From an uncultured Solirubrobacterales bacterium (lineage in GTDB: Bacteria; Actinomycetota; Thermoleophilia; Solirubrobacterales; Solirubrobacteraceae): 64,000 nucleotides of DNA. Of this stretch, positions 17,982 through 28,439 are shown piece after piece. Below the pieces are notes generated by a model. The model was not told the origin of the DNA. It did no database searches and saw nothing but the letters and a program-made list of their open reading frames with translations. The position numbers and the translations under genes are program-made. Position 1 is the first letter of the stretch. Each line of letters opens with the position of its first letter. The stretch lies in contig CAVSEW010000001.1 of NCBI GenBank assembly GCA_963727105.1, positions 1,643,464-1,707,463 on the forward strand, given 5' to 3'.

Positions 17982-19217
17982 ATGGCCACGCCGACCCGAG
18001 TGCTCGCGATCGGCAACTGCTACCCGCCCCACCACCTCGGGGGTTACGAGATTATCTGGCAGGGGGTGATGCGCGAGCTGCGCGACGCGGGGCACCGGAC
18101 GCGAATCCTCACCACCGGCTACCGCCGCCCCGAGGTCACCGTCGACGGCGCCGAGGATCCCGACGTCCACCGCGAGCTCGACTGGTACTGGCGCGATCAC
18201 CGCTGGCTCGCGCTCGGGCTGGGCGAGCGGCTCGCGCTCGAGCGCCGCAACGCCGCGCTGCTCGACCGCCAGCTGCGCGAGTTCGAGCCCGACGTCGTCA
18301 GCTGGTGGCCCGTCGGCGGGCTGTCGCTGGGGCTGATCGAGCGCGTCCGCCGGGCAGGGCTGCCGGCGGTGCTGTTCGTGCTCGATTCGTGGCTTCACTA
18401 CGGGCCGCGCCACGACCTCTGGATCGCCGGCTGGCGCCGGCTCGGGCCACTCGCCGGGCTTGCCGAGCGGGCGACCGGGCTGCCGACCCGGGTCGACTAC
18501 GCGCGCGCCGGCCGCTGGATCTTCTGCTCACGGCAGATGCGCGAGGACACGTTCGCGGCGGGCCTGCGAACGAGCGACTGTGCGATCCTCCACCCCGGCG
18601 TCGCCAGCGCCTTCCTCGCCGCGGCGCGCGAGCAGCCGCAGGCGTGGCGCTGGCGGCTGCTGTACATCGGCCGCGTCGTCGAGCAGAAGGGGGTCGCAAC
18701 GGCGATCGAGAGCCTCTCGCGGTTGCCCGCCGAGGCGCGGCTGCGGATCGTCGGCGAGGGCGACCCCGCGTATCGCGCCTCGCTCGAGCGCCTCGCGGCG
18801 CGGCTCGGCGTCGCCGACCGGGTGCGGTTCGACGGCCCGCTCCCGCGCGGCGAGCTGGCCGATGTATATCGCGCGGCGGACGCGATCCTGTTCCCGGTCG
18901 CATGGGCGGAGCCGTGGGGACTCGTGCCGCTCGAGGCGATGGCGCTCGGGCGGCCGGTGATCGCGACCGGCCGCGGCGGCTCGGGCGAGTACCTGACCGA
19001 CGGCGACAACGCATTGCTGTTCGCGGCGGGCGATCCGGCCGCACTGGCGGCGGCGGTCGAGGCCCTCGCCGGCGACGAGGATCTGCGCGAGCGCCTGATC
19101 TCCGGCGGTTATGCGACCGCCGCGCGCCACGGCGAGGCGGAGTTCAATCGCGCCGCGGCGGCTGAGATCCTGACCGCCGCCGGAACCTTCGCCGCAGCCG
19201 GTCCCCGGGCCGGGTGA
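17982..19217 (+). CDS. Glycosyltransferase family 4
   Basis: YPPHHLGGYE, GRVVEQKG, EPWGLVPLEAMALG. Confidence 0.92.
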   Translation: MATPTRVLAIGNCYPPHHLGGYEIIWQGVMRELRDAGHRTRILTTGYRRPEVTVDGAEDPDVHRELDWYWRDHRWLALGLGERLALERRNAALLDRQLREFEPDVVSWWPVGGLSLGLIERVRRAGLPAVLFVLDSWLHYGPRHDLWIAGWRRLGPLAGLAERATGLPTRVDYARAGRWIFCSRQMREDTFAAGLRTSDCAILHPGVASAFLAAAREQPQAWRWRLLYIGRVVEQKGVATAIESLSRLPAEARLRIVGEGDPAYRASLERLAARLGVADRVRFDGPLPRGELADVYRAADAILFPVAWAEPWGLVPLEAMALGRPVIATGRGGSGEYLTDGDNALLFAAGDPAALAAAVEALAGDEDLRERLISGGYATAARHGEAEFNRAAAAEILTAAGTFAAAGPRAG

Positions 19218-19869
19218 GACGGCGGCGCGAGTTGCCGGCGGGCGCGGGCGCCGCCAGCCGCTCGAGGAGCGCGTCGAGATCATCGGCGGTCCAGATGAAG
19301 CGCTCGCGCACGTCGAACTCTCCCTCCCACCACAGCACCTGCACACGCGCCTCCGGCGGGAGGCCATCGACCGCCCCGGACGGCAGGTGACTGCCGGATC
19401 GGTTGACCACGTGGTGCTTGAACAGGAACTCGATGCCGCCGTCCTCCACGAACGCAAGCCACCGGTGGTGCGACCACCCGACCCACGACCCGTTGATCCC
19501 ATAGGTCAGCTCCTCGCGCAGCGATGGCACCTCGATGTAGCCGGCCCGCGCGACGCGCTGCAGCTCCTGCGCGACCCAGATCGGGTCGCGAACGTCCTCG
19601 AGTGTGTGGGCGCAGACGGCGAAGTCGAACTGGCCGTCGGCGAACGGCCAGCGCTCGCGGTCGCAGATGTCGCGCGTCACCCACGACTCGGGCCCGAACC
19701 GCTCGCCCGTCCGGTCGCCGCTGCGGCCGAGCGCGCCGCGTGCCTGGTAGGGCATGATGTCCAGCACCCAGTCCGCCCGCGCGAACGGACGGGCCCCGCC
19801 GCCGACATCCAGGACGAGTCCGGCGTCGCCGACGCGATCGGCGATCTGTCGCGCGCTGTCCTCGAGCAT
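19144..19869 (-). CDS. Class I SAM-dependent methyltransferase
   Basis: VLDVGGG, FDFAVCAHTLEDVRDP, GYIEVP; TATCCT -10 seven nt before ATG. Confidence 0.85.
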   Translation of the reverse strand: MLEDSARQIADRVGDAGLVLDVGGGARPFARADWVLDIMPYQARGALGRSGDRTGERFGPESWVTRDICDRERWPFADGQFDFAVCAHTLEDVRDPIWVAQELQRVARAGYIEVPSLREELTYGINGSWVGWSHHRWLAFVEDGGIEFLFKHHVVNRSGSHLPSGAVDGLPPEARVQVLWWEGEFDVRERFIWTADDLDALLERLAAPAPAGNSRRRLTRPGDRLRRRFRRRSGSQPPRRD

Positions 19870-19932
19870 CGCCGCGAGGATACGGTTCGCGGAGCGGCCG
19901 CGGCGACAGCGTGCTGATAGCTTCGCGGCCTC

Positions 19933-20844
19933 GTGCCGAGGCTCAGCATCGTGATCCCGACGCTCGGCCGGACGGCGGCGCTCGGCGACGTGCTCGCCGG
20001 GCTGGCGGCGCAGCGCGGGCCGCTGCGCGACGCCGAGGTCCTGGTCGCGCTCGACGCCGTCGCCCCGCCCGGCGACCCGCTCGGGTTCGAGCGCGCCAGC
20101 GGCCTGCCGCTCGAGCTGCTGCGCGCCGAGCGGCCGGGCGCCTCGGCCGCGCGCAACGCCGGCTGGCGCCGGGCCTCGGGAGCGCTCGTGCTGTTCCTGG
20201 ACGACGACATTGTGCCGGCACCCGAGCTGGTGGCGAAGCACCTCGCATGGCACGACCGGCACCCCGCGGCGGAGGTCGCGGTGCTGGGGCTCGTGCGGTG
20301 GTCGCCGCGGGTGACCGTGACGCCGTTCATGCGCTGGCTGGAGATGGGCGTGCAGTTCGACTACGGGGCGATCGACGGGGTCGAGGCTGGCTGGGGACGC
20401 CTGTACAGCTGCAACGTCTCGCTCAAGCGCGCGTTGCTCGAGCTGGTCGGCGGGTTCGACGAGGTCGCGTTCCCGTTCGGCTACGAGGACCTCGACCTCG
20501 GGTGCCGGCTCGCCGACCACGGCCTGCGACTGCTGCTCAACCGTGCCGCCGTGGGCTACCACCTGAAGACCGAGACGCTCGCGGGCTGGAGCCGGAACCT
20601 GCGGCGGATCGCGATCGCCGAGCGACAGTTCGTGGCGCGCCACCCAGAGGTGCCCGCCTACTTCCACGAGCGCTTTCTGGCGGCCGCGGCCGCGCCGCCG
20701 GTGGGCGGTCGGTGGGCGCGGCTGGCGCGCGTCATCGCGCCCGCGGTCCCGTGGCTCGGACCGCGCGTCTGGCACAGCTTCGACGCGCTCTGCTGGCAGC
20801 GGCTGGCTCCGGAGTTCCTGGCCGCATGGGACGCCGGCGCCTGA
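19933..20844 (+). CDS. Glycosyltransferase family 2
   Basis: SIVIPT, ARNAG, FLDDD, GGFDE..YEDLD. Confidence 0.9.
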   Translation: MPRLSIVIPTLGRTAALGDVLAGLAAQRGPLRDAEVLVALDAVAPPGDPLGFERASGLPLELLRAERPGASAARNAGWRRASGALVLFLDDDIVPAPELVAKHLAWHDRHPAAEVAVLGLVRWSPRVTVTPFMRWLEMGVQFDYGAIDGVEAGWGRLYSCNVSLKRALLELVGGFDEVAFPFGYEDLDLGCRLADHGLRLLLNRAAVGYHLKTETLAGWSRNLRRIAIAERQFVARHPEVPAYFHERFLAAAAAPPVGGRWARLARVIAPAVPWLGPRVWHSFDALCWQRLAPEFLAAWDAGA

Positions 20845-20846
20845 GC

Positions 20847-21572
20847 TCAGGCCGCGCGGCGCAACAGCACGCAGCACATCACCGTCCCCTCCCCGGCCGT
20901 CCGCTCGAGCTCCATCCCGGCGCCGTTCGCGGTCCGCCGCAGCTCGTCCAGCTCGACGGCCGAGCCGAGCCACGCCCCGTGGCTCTGCCCTCGCGGTCCG
21001 CGCCCGAGCGTGGCGCGCAGGGCGGTCCGGATGCGCGGCAGCCCGCGCCGCGGGAGGTGCAGGCGCTGGTCGTTCGACACCTGGAGGGCCGCCCAGCCAC
21101 CGGCGCCCAGGACCCGCCCGATCTCGCGCACGTAGCCGAGCGTGGTCGCCGGATCGGGAATGTGCTGGAAGACGACGTGCGAGACGCACGCGCTCGCGCT
21201 GCCGTCCTCGATCTCCGCGAGGCTGGTGCCGTCGCCGAGCAGCCAGCGCACGTTCGCGGCGGGCACGCACTCGCGGGCGAGCGCCAACATCCGCGGCGAG
21301 ACGTCGACCGCACGCACGCTCCGGGCGCGCGCCGCGAGCACGCGGGTCAGCCGGCCGATTCCGCACCCGATCTCGACGACGTCATCGTCCGGCTCGAGGG
21401 CCACGGAGACGGCGCCGAGCAGCTGGTAGAGGTCGCGCTCGCCCTGCGACCAGAACCGCTGCTCGTCGGGATCGCGGTAGCGCTGGCGGCTGTCGACGAA
21501 GTAAAACGGATCCTCGGCAGCGCGGCGGTCCCAGAACTCCCGCATCCCCGAGCCGCTCGCGCGCTTGCTCAC
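20847..21572 (-). CDS. Class I SAM-dependent methyltransferase (type 11)
   Basis: VEIGCGIGR, VDVS, VFQHIP; GTGA overlap (alternative ATG 21545). Confidence 0.88.
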   Translation of the reverse strand: MSKRASGSGMREFWDRRAAEDPFYFVDSRQRYRDPDEQRFWSQGERDLYQLLGAVSVALEPDDDVVEIGCGIGRLTRVLAARARSVRAVDVSPRMLALARECVPAANVRWLLGDGTSLAEIEDGSASACVSHVVFQHIPDPATTLGYVREIGRVLGAGGWAALQVSNDQRLHLPRRGLPRIRTALRATLGRGPRGQSHGAWLGSAVELDELRRTANGAGMELERTAGEGTVMCCVLLRRAA

Positions 21573-22328
21573 GGCCGCAGCTTCCGGCTGCGCCAGATTC
21601 CGCGCCGGTGCAGCGTCAGCCGCAGCGCCGCCCACAACGTCTTCACCCCGTAGATCGCGGCTGCCTTAAAGTGGATCGAGGAGGCGTCGTCGAAGTAACG
21701 CGACCGTGCAGGCACCTCGGCGATCCGGAAGTTGAAGTACGCGGCCTGCATCAGCACCTCGGAGTCGAACGAGTAGTCGAGCGAGTTGCGCAGGAACGGC
21801 GCCGTCATCAGGACGCGGCGCGAGTACGCGCGGTAGCCCGTGTGCAGCTCGGACAGATGCGTGCCCAGCACGCGGTTCTCAATCGCCGTCAGGACCCGGT
21901 TGGCGAACAACTTGTATAACGGCATGCCGCCGGCCCGCGCCGCTCCCGGCTCCGCGAGCCGCGAGCCGAGGACCATGTCCGCCTCGCCGCGGACGATCGG
22001 CTGGATCAGCTCCGGGATCAGCTCCGGCTCGTACTGGCCGTCCGCGTGGAGCATCACAGTGATCTCGGCGCCGCGCTGGAGCGCCTCCAGGTAGCACGTC
22101 TTCTGATTGCCGCCGTAGCCGACGTTGTGCGGGTGCCAGATGAAGTGCAGCGGCAGCTCGCGCGCCACCTCCGCGGTCGTGTCGCTCGACTTGTCATCGA
22201 CCAGGATCACCTCGTCGACCGCGGCGAGGCGGGATCGACTGGAACGTGCGGGCGAGCGTCCGCGCCGCGTTCAGCGCCGGCATCACGACGATCACCTTCG
22301 GGTGGCGCTGGTCAGGCGGCTGGTCCAT
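21569..22328 (-). pseudogene. Polyprenol-phosphate glycosyltransferase (GT2, DPM1-like) with a +1 frameshift near 22229
   Basis: KVIVVMPALNAARTL..IP in one frame, LAAVDEVILVDDKSSD..GYGGNQKT..HADGQY in the next; one extra base. Confidence 0.75.
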
Positions 22329-24243
22329 AGATCACCGCACCCCCCTGCGCGAACAGCGGGCGCTCACCGCGTAGACAGGTATAGGCATCGAATGGCGTCG
22401 TGATTCCCCGTTCGTACTCACCCGGGAAGATGACCACCCATCCGCTCCGGGCCCTTGCCCGGATACGCGGGCAGACCTCGTCGGCGGGGATCAGCTCGAT
22501 CGGATGTTCGAACCGCGCGCCCGCGAGCGACGCGAGCACGGTGGGAGCGAACGATATTGGCTGCCGGCCGGAGGCGAATCCGGGCTGGCGCATCATGAAC
22601 GCCAGGACGGCGTCGCTATAGCTGCCATCGGCGCTCTCGCGCCCGAGCCAGCCGGGCGTGCTGGCGACCAAGAACGCGGTCACGATCACCGCCGTCCCGA
22701 CACTCGCCAGCCGCGGCACGAGGCGATGCCGGGTGCGCGGCGCGAGCGCGCCGGCGGCCGCGCCGGCGAGCCCGCCCACGAGCAGATACTGCAGCCGCGG
22801 GACCGACGGGTAACCGAGATCGAGGTCGGCGATCAGCGACCACACGCTCGCGCCGAACAGCAGCAGGATCACGAGCCTGCGCCACACGGCGCCGGCGTCG
22901 CGGGCGGCGACCGCGAGCGCGACCGCGCAGGCCGCGAGCGCCGGCAGCATGTACCTGACGGTGCTGATCGCGAGGATCCGGAAGCGCGGATCGGGCGCGA
23001 GCCCGGTGAACGGCGCCGCCGCCCACACCAGCAGCGACCCGACCGCCAGCGCGGCCGTCGCCAGCGCGGCGCGTGACCTCGTCACGAACGGGATCGCGAG
23101 CACGCCCGCGATCAGCGCCAGTCCCCCGCCGATCGTCCGCACGTACAGGTCCCCGAGCCCACGCACCGCCGTCACCGGACCCTGCAGGAACGATCCGTGG
23201 AACAGGCTGATCACGCGCGGGAGCGGGTCGCCCGTCGGCCCCGAGCTGAACGGCCACAGCGGCCAGCCGTGGACGACCCAGTTGCGCACGTACCACGGCG
23301 CGCCGACCAGCAGCGCCCCGGCGGCCCCGCCGCCGATCCAGCGCATCGCCGGGCGCAAGCGCCCGCGGGCGAACCATGCCGCCGTGCCCAGCAACACGAG
23401 CTCGAGCGGGACGACCGTCGTCTTCGTGCCCGCACCGAGCCCGGCCGCGACCAGCGCCGGGCCGAGCACCGCCGGCTGGCCCGGTGCCCTCGCGCACAGC
23501 GCCGCCGTGCACGCCAGCCACATCAGCGCGGGCAGGTCGGTGCCGGGGGCGATCAGATTGAGCCCGACCGCGGCGAGCGGCAGCGTGCCGACCGCGGCGA
23601 GCGCGGCGATCGCAGTGCCCCGCGGCACGCGGAGCGCATCCAGCAGCCGCCAGAGCGCGAGCAGCACCGTTGCGAGCACCGCGCTCGGCCAGATCGCGAG
23701 CGGCGCCAGCGAGCGGGAGATCCCGAGACCCCAGGTGAGCAGCACCTCGCCGGTGACCGGGTAATAGCCCTCGGGCAGGTCGTAGCTGAACCTCTGCACG
23801 GCGCCGGCGTGCCCGGAGTGTACCCAGCCGACGACGTCGGCGAGGTGGTAGGCGAGCGCATCGGTTCCGAGCGCCGGCTGGTGAGCGACCTGGAGCGCGC
23901 AGCCCCCCGCCAAGCCGAGCAGCGCGACCGCGACGGTGCGCCCGCTGCGTGAGGCGCGGTTCCACCACTCCTGGCAGTACGCGAGCAGGCCGGCCGGCTC
24001 GGCGATCAGCAGGCGCGCCGCGAGCCACGCGGCGACCGGCCCCGCGGCCAGGGCGACGCTGCTGCCCGACAGTCCTATGCGTCCGAGCAGCAGCGTCCAG
24101 CAGACCGCGAAGGACGCCGCCAGCGGGATGGCCGCCAGTAGCTGGTCGAGCGGCGAGCCGGCGAACGCGCGCGCCGCGACGCGGGTCGCGGCGCCGAGCA
24201 GCGCAGCCACTGCGAGCACCAGCAGCGCCTGATGTACCAGCAT
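22312..24243 (-). CDS. Polytopic membrane protein, probable GT-C fold glycosyltransferase
   Basis: More than 12 TM segments; DALAYHL, YYP, GTK, PWYVRNW..GWP, RY motifs. Confidence 0.7.
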   Translation of the reverse strand: MLVHQALLVLAVAALLGAATRVAARAFAGSPLDQLLAAIPLAASFAVCWTLLLGRIGLSGSSVALAAGPVAAWLAARLLIAEPAGLLAYCQEWWNRASRSGRTVAVALLGLAGGCALQVAHQPALGTDALAYHLADVVGWVHSGHAGAVQRFSYDLPEGYYPVTGEVLLTWGLGISRSLAPLAIWPSAVLATVLLALWRLLDALRVPRGTAIAALAAVGTLPLAAVGLNLIAPGTDLPALMWLACTAALCARAPGQPAVLGPALVAAGLGAGTKTTVVPLELVLLGTAAWFARGRLRPAMRWIGGGAAGALLVGAPWYVRNWVVHGWPLWPFSSGPTGDPLPRVISLFHGSFLQGPVTAVRGLGDLYVRTIGGGLALIAGVLAIPFVTRSRAALATAALAVGSLLVWAAAPFTGLAPDPRFRILAISTVRYMLPALAACAVALAVAARDAGAVWRRLVILLLFGASVWSLIADLDLGYPSVPRLQYLLVGGLAGAAAGALAPRTRHRLVPRLASVGTAVIVTAFLVASTPGWLGRESADGSYSDAVLAFMMRQPGFASGRQPISFAPTVLASLAGARFEHPIELIPADEVCPRIRARARSGWVVIFPGEYERGITTPFDAYTCLRGERPLFAQGGAVIYGPAA

Positions 24244-24247
24244 CCGC

Positions 24248-24565
24248 TCAGCCGAGGTCGCAGACGGCGATCAGATCGAGCGCCATCGCAAACGGGGTCT
24301 CGGCGATCCGGAAGTCCTCGGGTGTGATCTCCTCCTCGCCCGGCCGCGGGACGCGCCGGCTCGCGCTCAGCCGCCAGTCGTACAGCCGCTGGCGCAGACG
24401 GCGCGGCAGCAGCCGGCGGAGGCACAGCGGAGCCAGCGCCAGCAGACGGTGCAGCTGCACGCGCTCCGCCTCCCGCAGCGCCTCGTAGCGATCGGAGCGC
24501 CGGCGCCGCTGCGGCGCGTCGAGCAGCGCGCTGTCACCGCAGCCGTCGTCGAGCGCGGAGTTCAT
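24248..24565 (-). pseudogene. Internally deleted methyltransferase remnant (105 aa)
   Basis: LDDGCGD motif-I relic joined to a C-terminal segment (LYDWRL..ITPEDF..ALDLIAVC); core strands missing. Confidence 0.45.
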
Positions 24566-24649
24566 CACGGGCATGCTAGTCCCGTGGTCGCCTTCAGAAC
24601 TCTCGGCGGCGTCGGCGCGCCCGGTGCGGGAACCACTACTGTGCCCGCC

Positions 24650-25288
24650 GTGGACCCCTCTCGCGTACGCAGTTTCCTGCACTGGCTGCCGGCCAGGGTC
24701 AGCTACCAGTGGGGCCCGCGGCTGATGTCGTTCCTGCGCAAGCACTGGGTGCTCGCGCGCCACCCGCACGCGGACATCCGCTTTGGCCACCACGTCTACC
24801 TCGGGCCCGGCTTCAGCCTCCACATCCCCGGCCCGGGCAGCTTCATCGTCGGCGACTGGGTCGAGTTTCGACGTGACTTCCGGGCCGAGGTCGACGGCGC
24901 CGGGAGGATCACGATCGGGTCCGGCTGCGTGTTCACCTACTTCGTCCTGGTGCAGTGCTCGACGACGATCGAAATCGGCGAGCGCTGCACGTTCGGGCAG
25001 TCGACGATCGTACTCGACGCCCAGCACCGGTTCCGCGACCTGACGCGTCCGATGCTCCAGCAGGGCTACGACTTCAACCCGATCAAGATCGAGGAAGACG
25101 CGACCACCACCTCGAAGTGCACGATCATGGCCGACATCGGTCGCCGCGCGTTCATAGGCGCGGGCGCGGTCGTGACAAAGCCGGTCCCCGCCTACACGGT
25201 CGCGGTCGGCGCCCCGGCGCGGGCGATCGACTACTTCGGGCCGCCGGGGCATGAGCCGCCCGAACTGCGCGACCACCCCGACTCGTAG
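24650..25288 (+). CDS. Hexapeptide-repeat (LbH) acyltransferase
   Basis: ITIGSGC, IEIGERC, IGAGAVVTKPVP..GAPAR; TACTGT -10 seven nt before GTG. Confidence 0.88.
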   Translation: MDPSRVRSFLHWLPARVSYQWGPRLMSFLRKHWVLARHPHADIRFGHHVYLGPGFSLHIPGPGSFIVGDWVEFRRDFRAEVDGAGRITIGSGCVFTYFVLVQCSTTIEIGERCTFGQSTIVLDAQHRFRDLTRPMLQQGYDFNPIKIEEDATTTSKCTIMADIGRRAFIGAGAVVTKPVPAYTVAVGAPARAIDYFGPPGHEPPELRDHPDS

Positions 25289-25293
25289 CGGCG

Positions 25294-26457
25294 ATGGCGC
25301 CCCCTCGCGTGCTGCTGGTCTGCTCCGGCCTCGATCACGCGCACCGCGGCTACGAGTCGTTCGCGCGCGAGTGCTTCGCAGCCCTGCGCGGCGGGCCCGA
25401 CGTCGCAATCGAGCTGGTCAAGAGCAGCGGCCGGGCAGGCCCCGGCGAGCATGTGGCGCCGAGCCTGCGCCGTGACCGGCTGACCGCGACGACGCTCGGC
25501 CGAGCGCTTCACGCCCGGCCGTTCCGGTTCGAGGCGCTCACGTTCGGCTGGACGCTGCAGCCGCTGCTGATCCGACACCGCCCGGACGTCGTGTACGTGA
25601 GCGAGTGGGACACCGCGCGCGTGCTCGCCCGCTCGCGCGCGCTGACGCGCCTTCGCTTCCGTCTGCTGTTCTGCAACGGCGGCTTCGCGTCCTCCGGGTT
25701 CGAGCCGTTCGACCACGTGCAGGAGCTGACGCCGGCGGGCCGCGACTGGGTGCTGGCGCGCGGCGCCGATCCCCGCCGGCACACCGTGCTGCCGATGGGG
25801 TTCGCGATCGAGCGCGACGTCTCGCCGGCCGGCGCGGCCGAGCGCCGCCGCCTGCGCGAGCTGCTGCGGCTGCCGCCGGAACGAACGGTGGTCCTCAGCG
25901 TCGCCGCGCTCAACCGCCACCACAAGCGACTCGATTTTCTGATCGAGGAGCTGGCCGCGCTGCCCGAACCGCGCCCATTCCTGCTGCTCGACGGCCAGCC
26001 CGAGGAGGAGACCTCCGGCCTGCACGCGCTCGCCCGCGAACGTCTCGGCGACAACGGCTATCAGATCCGGACCTCGCCGTCCGAGCAGCTGCCGCAGGTG
26101 CTCCGCGCGGCCGACCTGTTCGTGCTGCCGTCGCTGATCGAGACACAGGGGCGGGCGCTGATCGAGGCGGCCGCGCAGTGCGTCCCGTGCCTCGCGCACG
26201 ACTCGCCGATCATGCGCTACGCGCTCGGCGAGCACGCGCTTCTCGTCGACCTCGCCGGGGCCGGGTCGCTGTCGCAGCGGATCGCCGCCGCGCTCGCCGA
26301 GCCGGCCGCGCCAAGGGACGTGCGCTCGCGCGCCGCGCATCAGCATGTGTACGAGCGCTTCAGCTGGGAGCGGTTGCGCGGGCGCTACGTCGAGTTCCTG
26401 CGCGGCGTCGCGAACAGCACCGTCTCGTCCTCGAGCGGCGAGAATGCCGCGAGGTAG
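25294..26457 (+). CDS. Glycosyltransferase family 4
   Basis: HKRLDFLI, ADLFVLPSLIETQGRALIEAAA, FSWE. Confidence 0.9.
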   Translation: MAPPRVLLVCSGLDHAHRGYESFARECFAALRGGPDVAIELVKSSGRAGPGEHVAPSLRRDRLTATTLGRALHARPFRFEALTFGWTLQPLLIRHRPDVVYVSEWDTARVLARSRALTRLRFRLLFCNGGFASSGFEPFDHVQELTPAGRDWVLARGADPRRHTVLPMGFAIERDVSPAGAAERRRLRELLRLPPERTVVLSVAALNRHHKRLDFLIEELAALPEPRPFLLLDGQPEEETSGLHALARERLGDNGYQIRTSPSEQLPQVLRAADLFVLPSLIETQGRALIEAAAQCVPCLAHDSPIMRYALGEHALLVDLAGAGSLSQRIAAALAEPAAPRDVRSRAAHQHVYERFSWERLRGRYVEFLRGVANSTVSSSSGENAAR

Positions 26458-27515
26458 AGATCGGCGCCGGGCACGAGCTCCGGGAGCGTCGCGAGGTCGT
26501 TGTCGTGGTGGTAGGCGGCGATCGCGAGCCTTGGCGCGTGCTCGGCCAGCATCCGCCGCCCGCCCCGCAGCACGCGCGCCTCGGCCCCCTCGACGTCGAG
26601 CTTTGCGAAGCCGACGCGGTGCAAGCCGGCGCCGGCCACGAATTCGTCGAGCGTGAGCGCCGGAACCGGCGTCGCGTCCGGATCGAGCGCGGCCGGGATC
26701 ACGCCGCTGACGCTTCCCGCCTGCCTGAACGCGAGCGGCTCCTCGGAGCTGTCCCACAGCGCGCGCTCGACGATCTCGACCCGCTCCGCGAGCCGCGGGT
26801 TGAGCTCCAGGTTCGCGCGCAGGATCTCGAGGTTCTCTGGCACGAACTCGAACGTGAACACCTTGCCCGCGGGCCCGACGCGGTCCGCGAAGTACAGAGC
26901 GGTGTCCCCCCAGCAGCCGCCGACGTCGAGCACGACGTCGCGCGACCGCGCGCACACCGCCGTGGTGTAGCCGTACTGCTGCAGCAGGAACACGCTCGCG
27001 ACCGGCACCGCGTGGCTGTGCAGCAGCAGCTCCCCGGCGCCCTCGAGCGGAACCCGGAACAGCGACAGCGTCGAGAACCACGGATCGGAGACCGAGAACG
27101 TGCTGGAGTCGCGGAGCATCGTTCGCTGCACGCGCGACTCCAGCGCCCGGTACGCGGCCGGGGTCACGGGTAGCGGCGCATGGTACGGACCGAGCACGCG
27201 CAGCTTGAGCACGTCGAGCATCGTGCGGCGCGAGCGCTCGTCGGCGAGCCTGGCGAACGTGGACTCGAGCTGGTCCGCGCGCTCGACGATCCGTGCCAGC
27301 CCGGCTCCTGCGGCGACGGGGTCGTAGTGGCGGTGGTGGAAGCCGGCGCGGGCGGCGGCGCGCTCGAGCGCATCGCGCCCGCGGTCGCGGAGCTGGGCGG
27401 CGCCGCCGGTTCGGCGCGGAGTCGCGCTCGTCGGCCGGTACTGCTCGAGCCCGGGCGCATACCGGTACGCGTCACGCAAGACCTCGGCCAGCAGCTGCTC
27501 GATCAGCGCCGCCAT
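26385..27515 (-). CDS. FkbM family methyltransferase
   Basis: VLDVGGCWGDT, FEF, KLDVEGAE, IAAYH. Confidence 0.9.
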   Translation of the reverse strand: MAALIEQLLAEVLRDAYRYAPGLEQYRPTSATPRRTGGAAQLRDRGRDALERAAARAGFHHRHYDPVAAGAGLARIVERADQLESTFARLADERSRRTMLDVLKLRVLGPYHAPLPVTPAAYRALESRVQRTMLRDSSTFSVSDPWFSTLSLFRVPLEGAGELLLHSHAVPVASVFLLQQYGYTTAVCARSRDVVLDVGGCWGDTALYFADRVGPAGKVFTFEFVPENLEILRANLELNPRLAERVEIVERALWDSSEEPLAFRQAGSVSGVIPAALDPDATPVPALTLDEFVAGAGLHRVGFAKLDVEGAEARVLRGGRRMLAEHAPRLAIAAYHHDNDLATLPELVPGADLYLAAFSPLEDETVLFATPRRNST

Positions 27516-27519
27516 CGGC

Positions 27520-28398
27520 TCAACGCGCTCTGACCAGCTCAGCCCAGATCGATCCGAGCACGCGCACGCCGTAGCCGAGCCTGGCGAGTCGAACGAGCCG
27601 CCGCCACTCGCGTGGTTCGAACCGCTCGGGGGTGCTGCCGAGATCGCGCAGCGCACGATCGCCGACGAGCGCCGGCACCGGGTCGCGCCACGCCCGGTAG
27701 CCGACACCGATGCGGTGAAACGCCTGGTTGCTGGAGTAGCCGTGCAGGAAGAACCGCCGCAGCATAGGCGCCAGCGCACGCTCGGCGACGTGCTCGACGA
27801 TCGCCTCGCCGCAGTAGGAGAGTCCGAAGCCGGCGGCCTTCGCGCGCAGGCAGAAGTCCGCGTCCTCGGCGATGTGCCGCCATGCCGGGTCGAACCCAGC
27901 GACAGCCGTGAACGCCTCGGCGTGCACGAGCAGGTTCGCGGTCGCGGCCCAACCCTGGTACTGCACCCACACCTCCTGGCCGAAGCGCCACGCCGACTCG
28001 AACCGCTCGATCTGGTTCGGTTCCGCGCTCGCACGGATCCTCACGTCGCCGGCGACCAACGGCGCCCGTCCGGCGCAGCCGAGCAGCGCCTCGAGCCAGC
28101 GCGGGTCGGCGATGCAGTCGGCGTCGGTGAACGCGTAGACCCGGCTTCGGGCCGCCTCGACGCCGCGGTTGCGGGCGCGGGCGCGATTCGGGTGCGGCTC
28201 CTGGACGACGGTCGCGCCGCGGCCCGCCGCGAGTCGCCCGGTCGCGTCGGAGGAGGCGTTGTCGACGACGATCACCTCGAAGCGGGACGGCGCCAGCGTC
28301 TGCTGCTCGAGGCTTTGCAGCAGCACGGGAAGCGCGCGTTCAGCATTGCGCGCTGGGACGATCACGCTGATCTCGGGTGCCGCCGGACGCTCCAGCAT
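27520..28398 (-). CDS. Glycosyltransferase family 2
   Basis: SVIVPARN, VVDNASSD, FTDADC, AEDADF. Confidence 0.9.
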   Translation of the reverse strand: MLERPAAPEISVIVPARNAERALPVLLQSLEQQTLAPSRFEVIVVDNASSDATGRLAAGRGATVVQEPHPNRARARNRGVEAARSRVYAFTDADCIADPRWLEALLGCAGRAPLVAGDVRIRASAEPNQIERFESAWRFGQEVWVQYQGWAATANLLVHAEAFTAVAGFDPAWRHIAEDADFCLRAKAAGFGLSYCGEAIVEHVAERALAPMLRRFFLHGYSSNQAFHRIGVGYRAWRDPVPALVGDRALRDLGSTPERFEPREWRRLVRLARLGYGVRVLGSIWAELVRAR

Positions 28399-28439
28399 CG
28401 GGCCAATGTAGCCATTGCAGCTGGCTAGACTGCCCGCGC

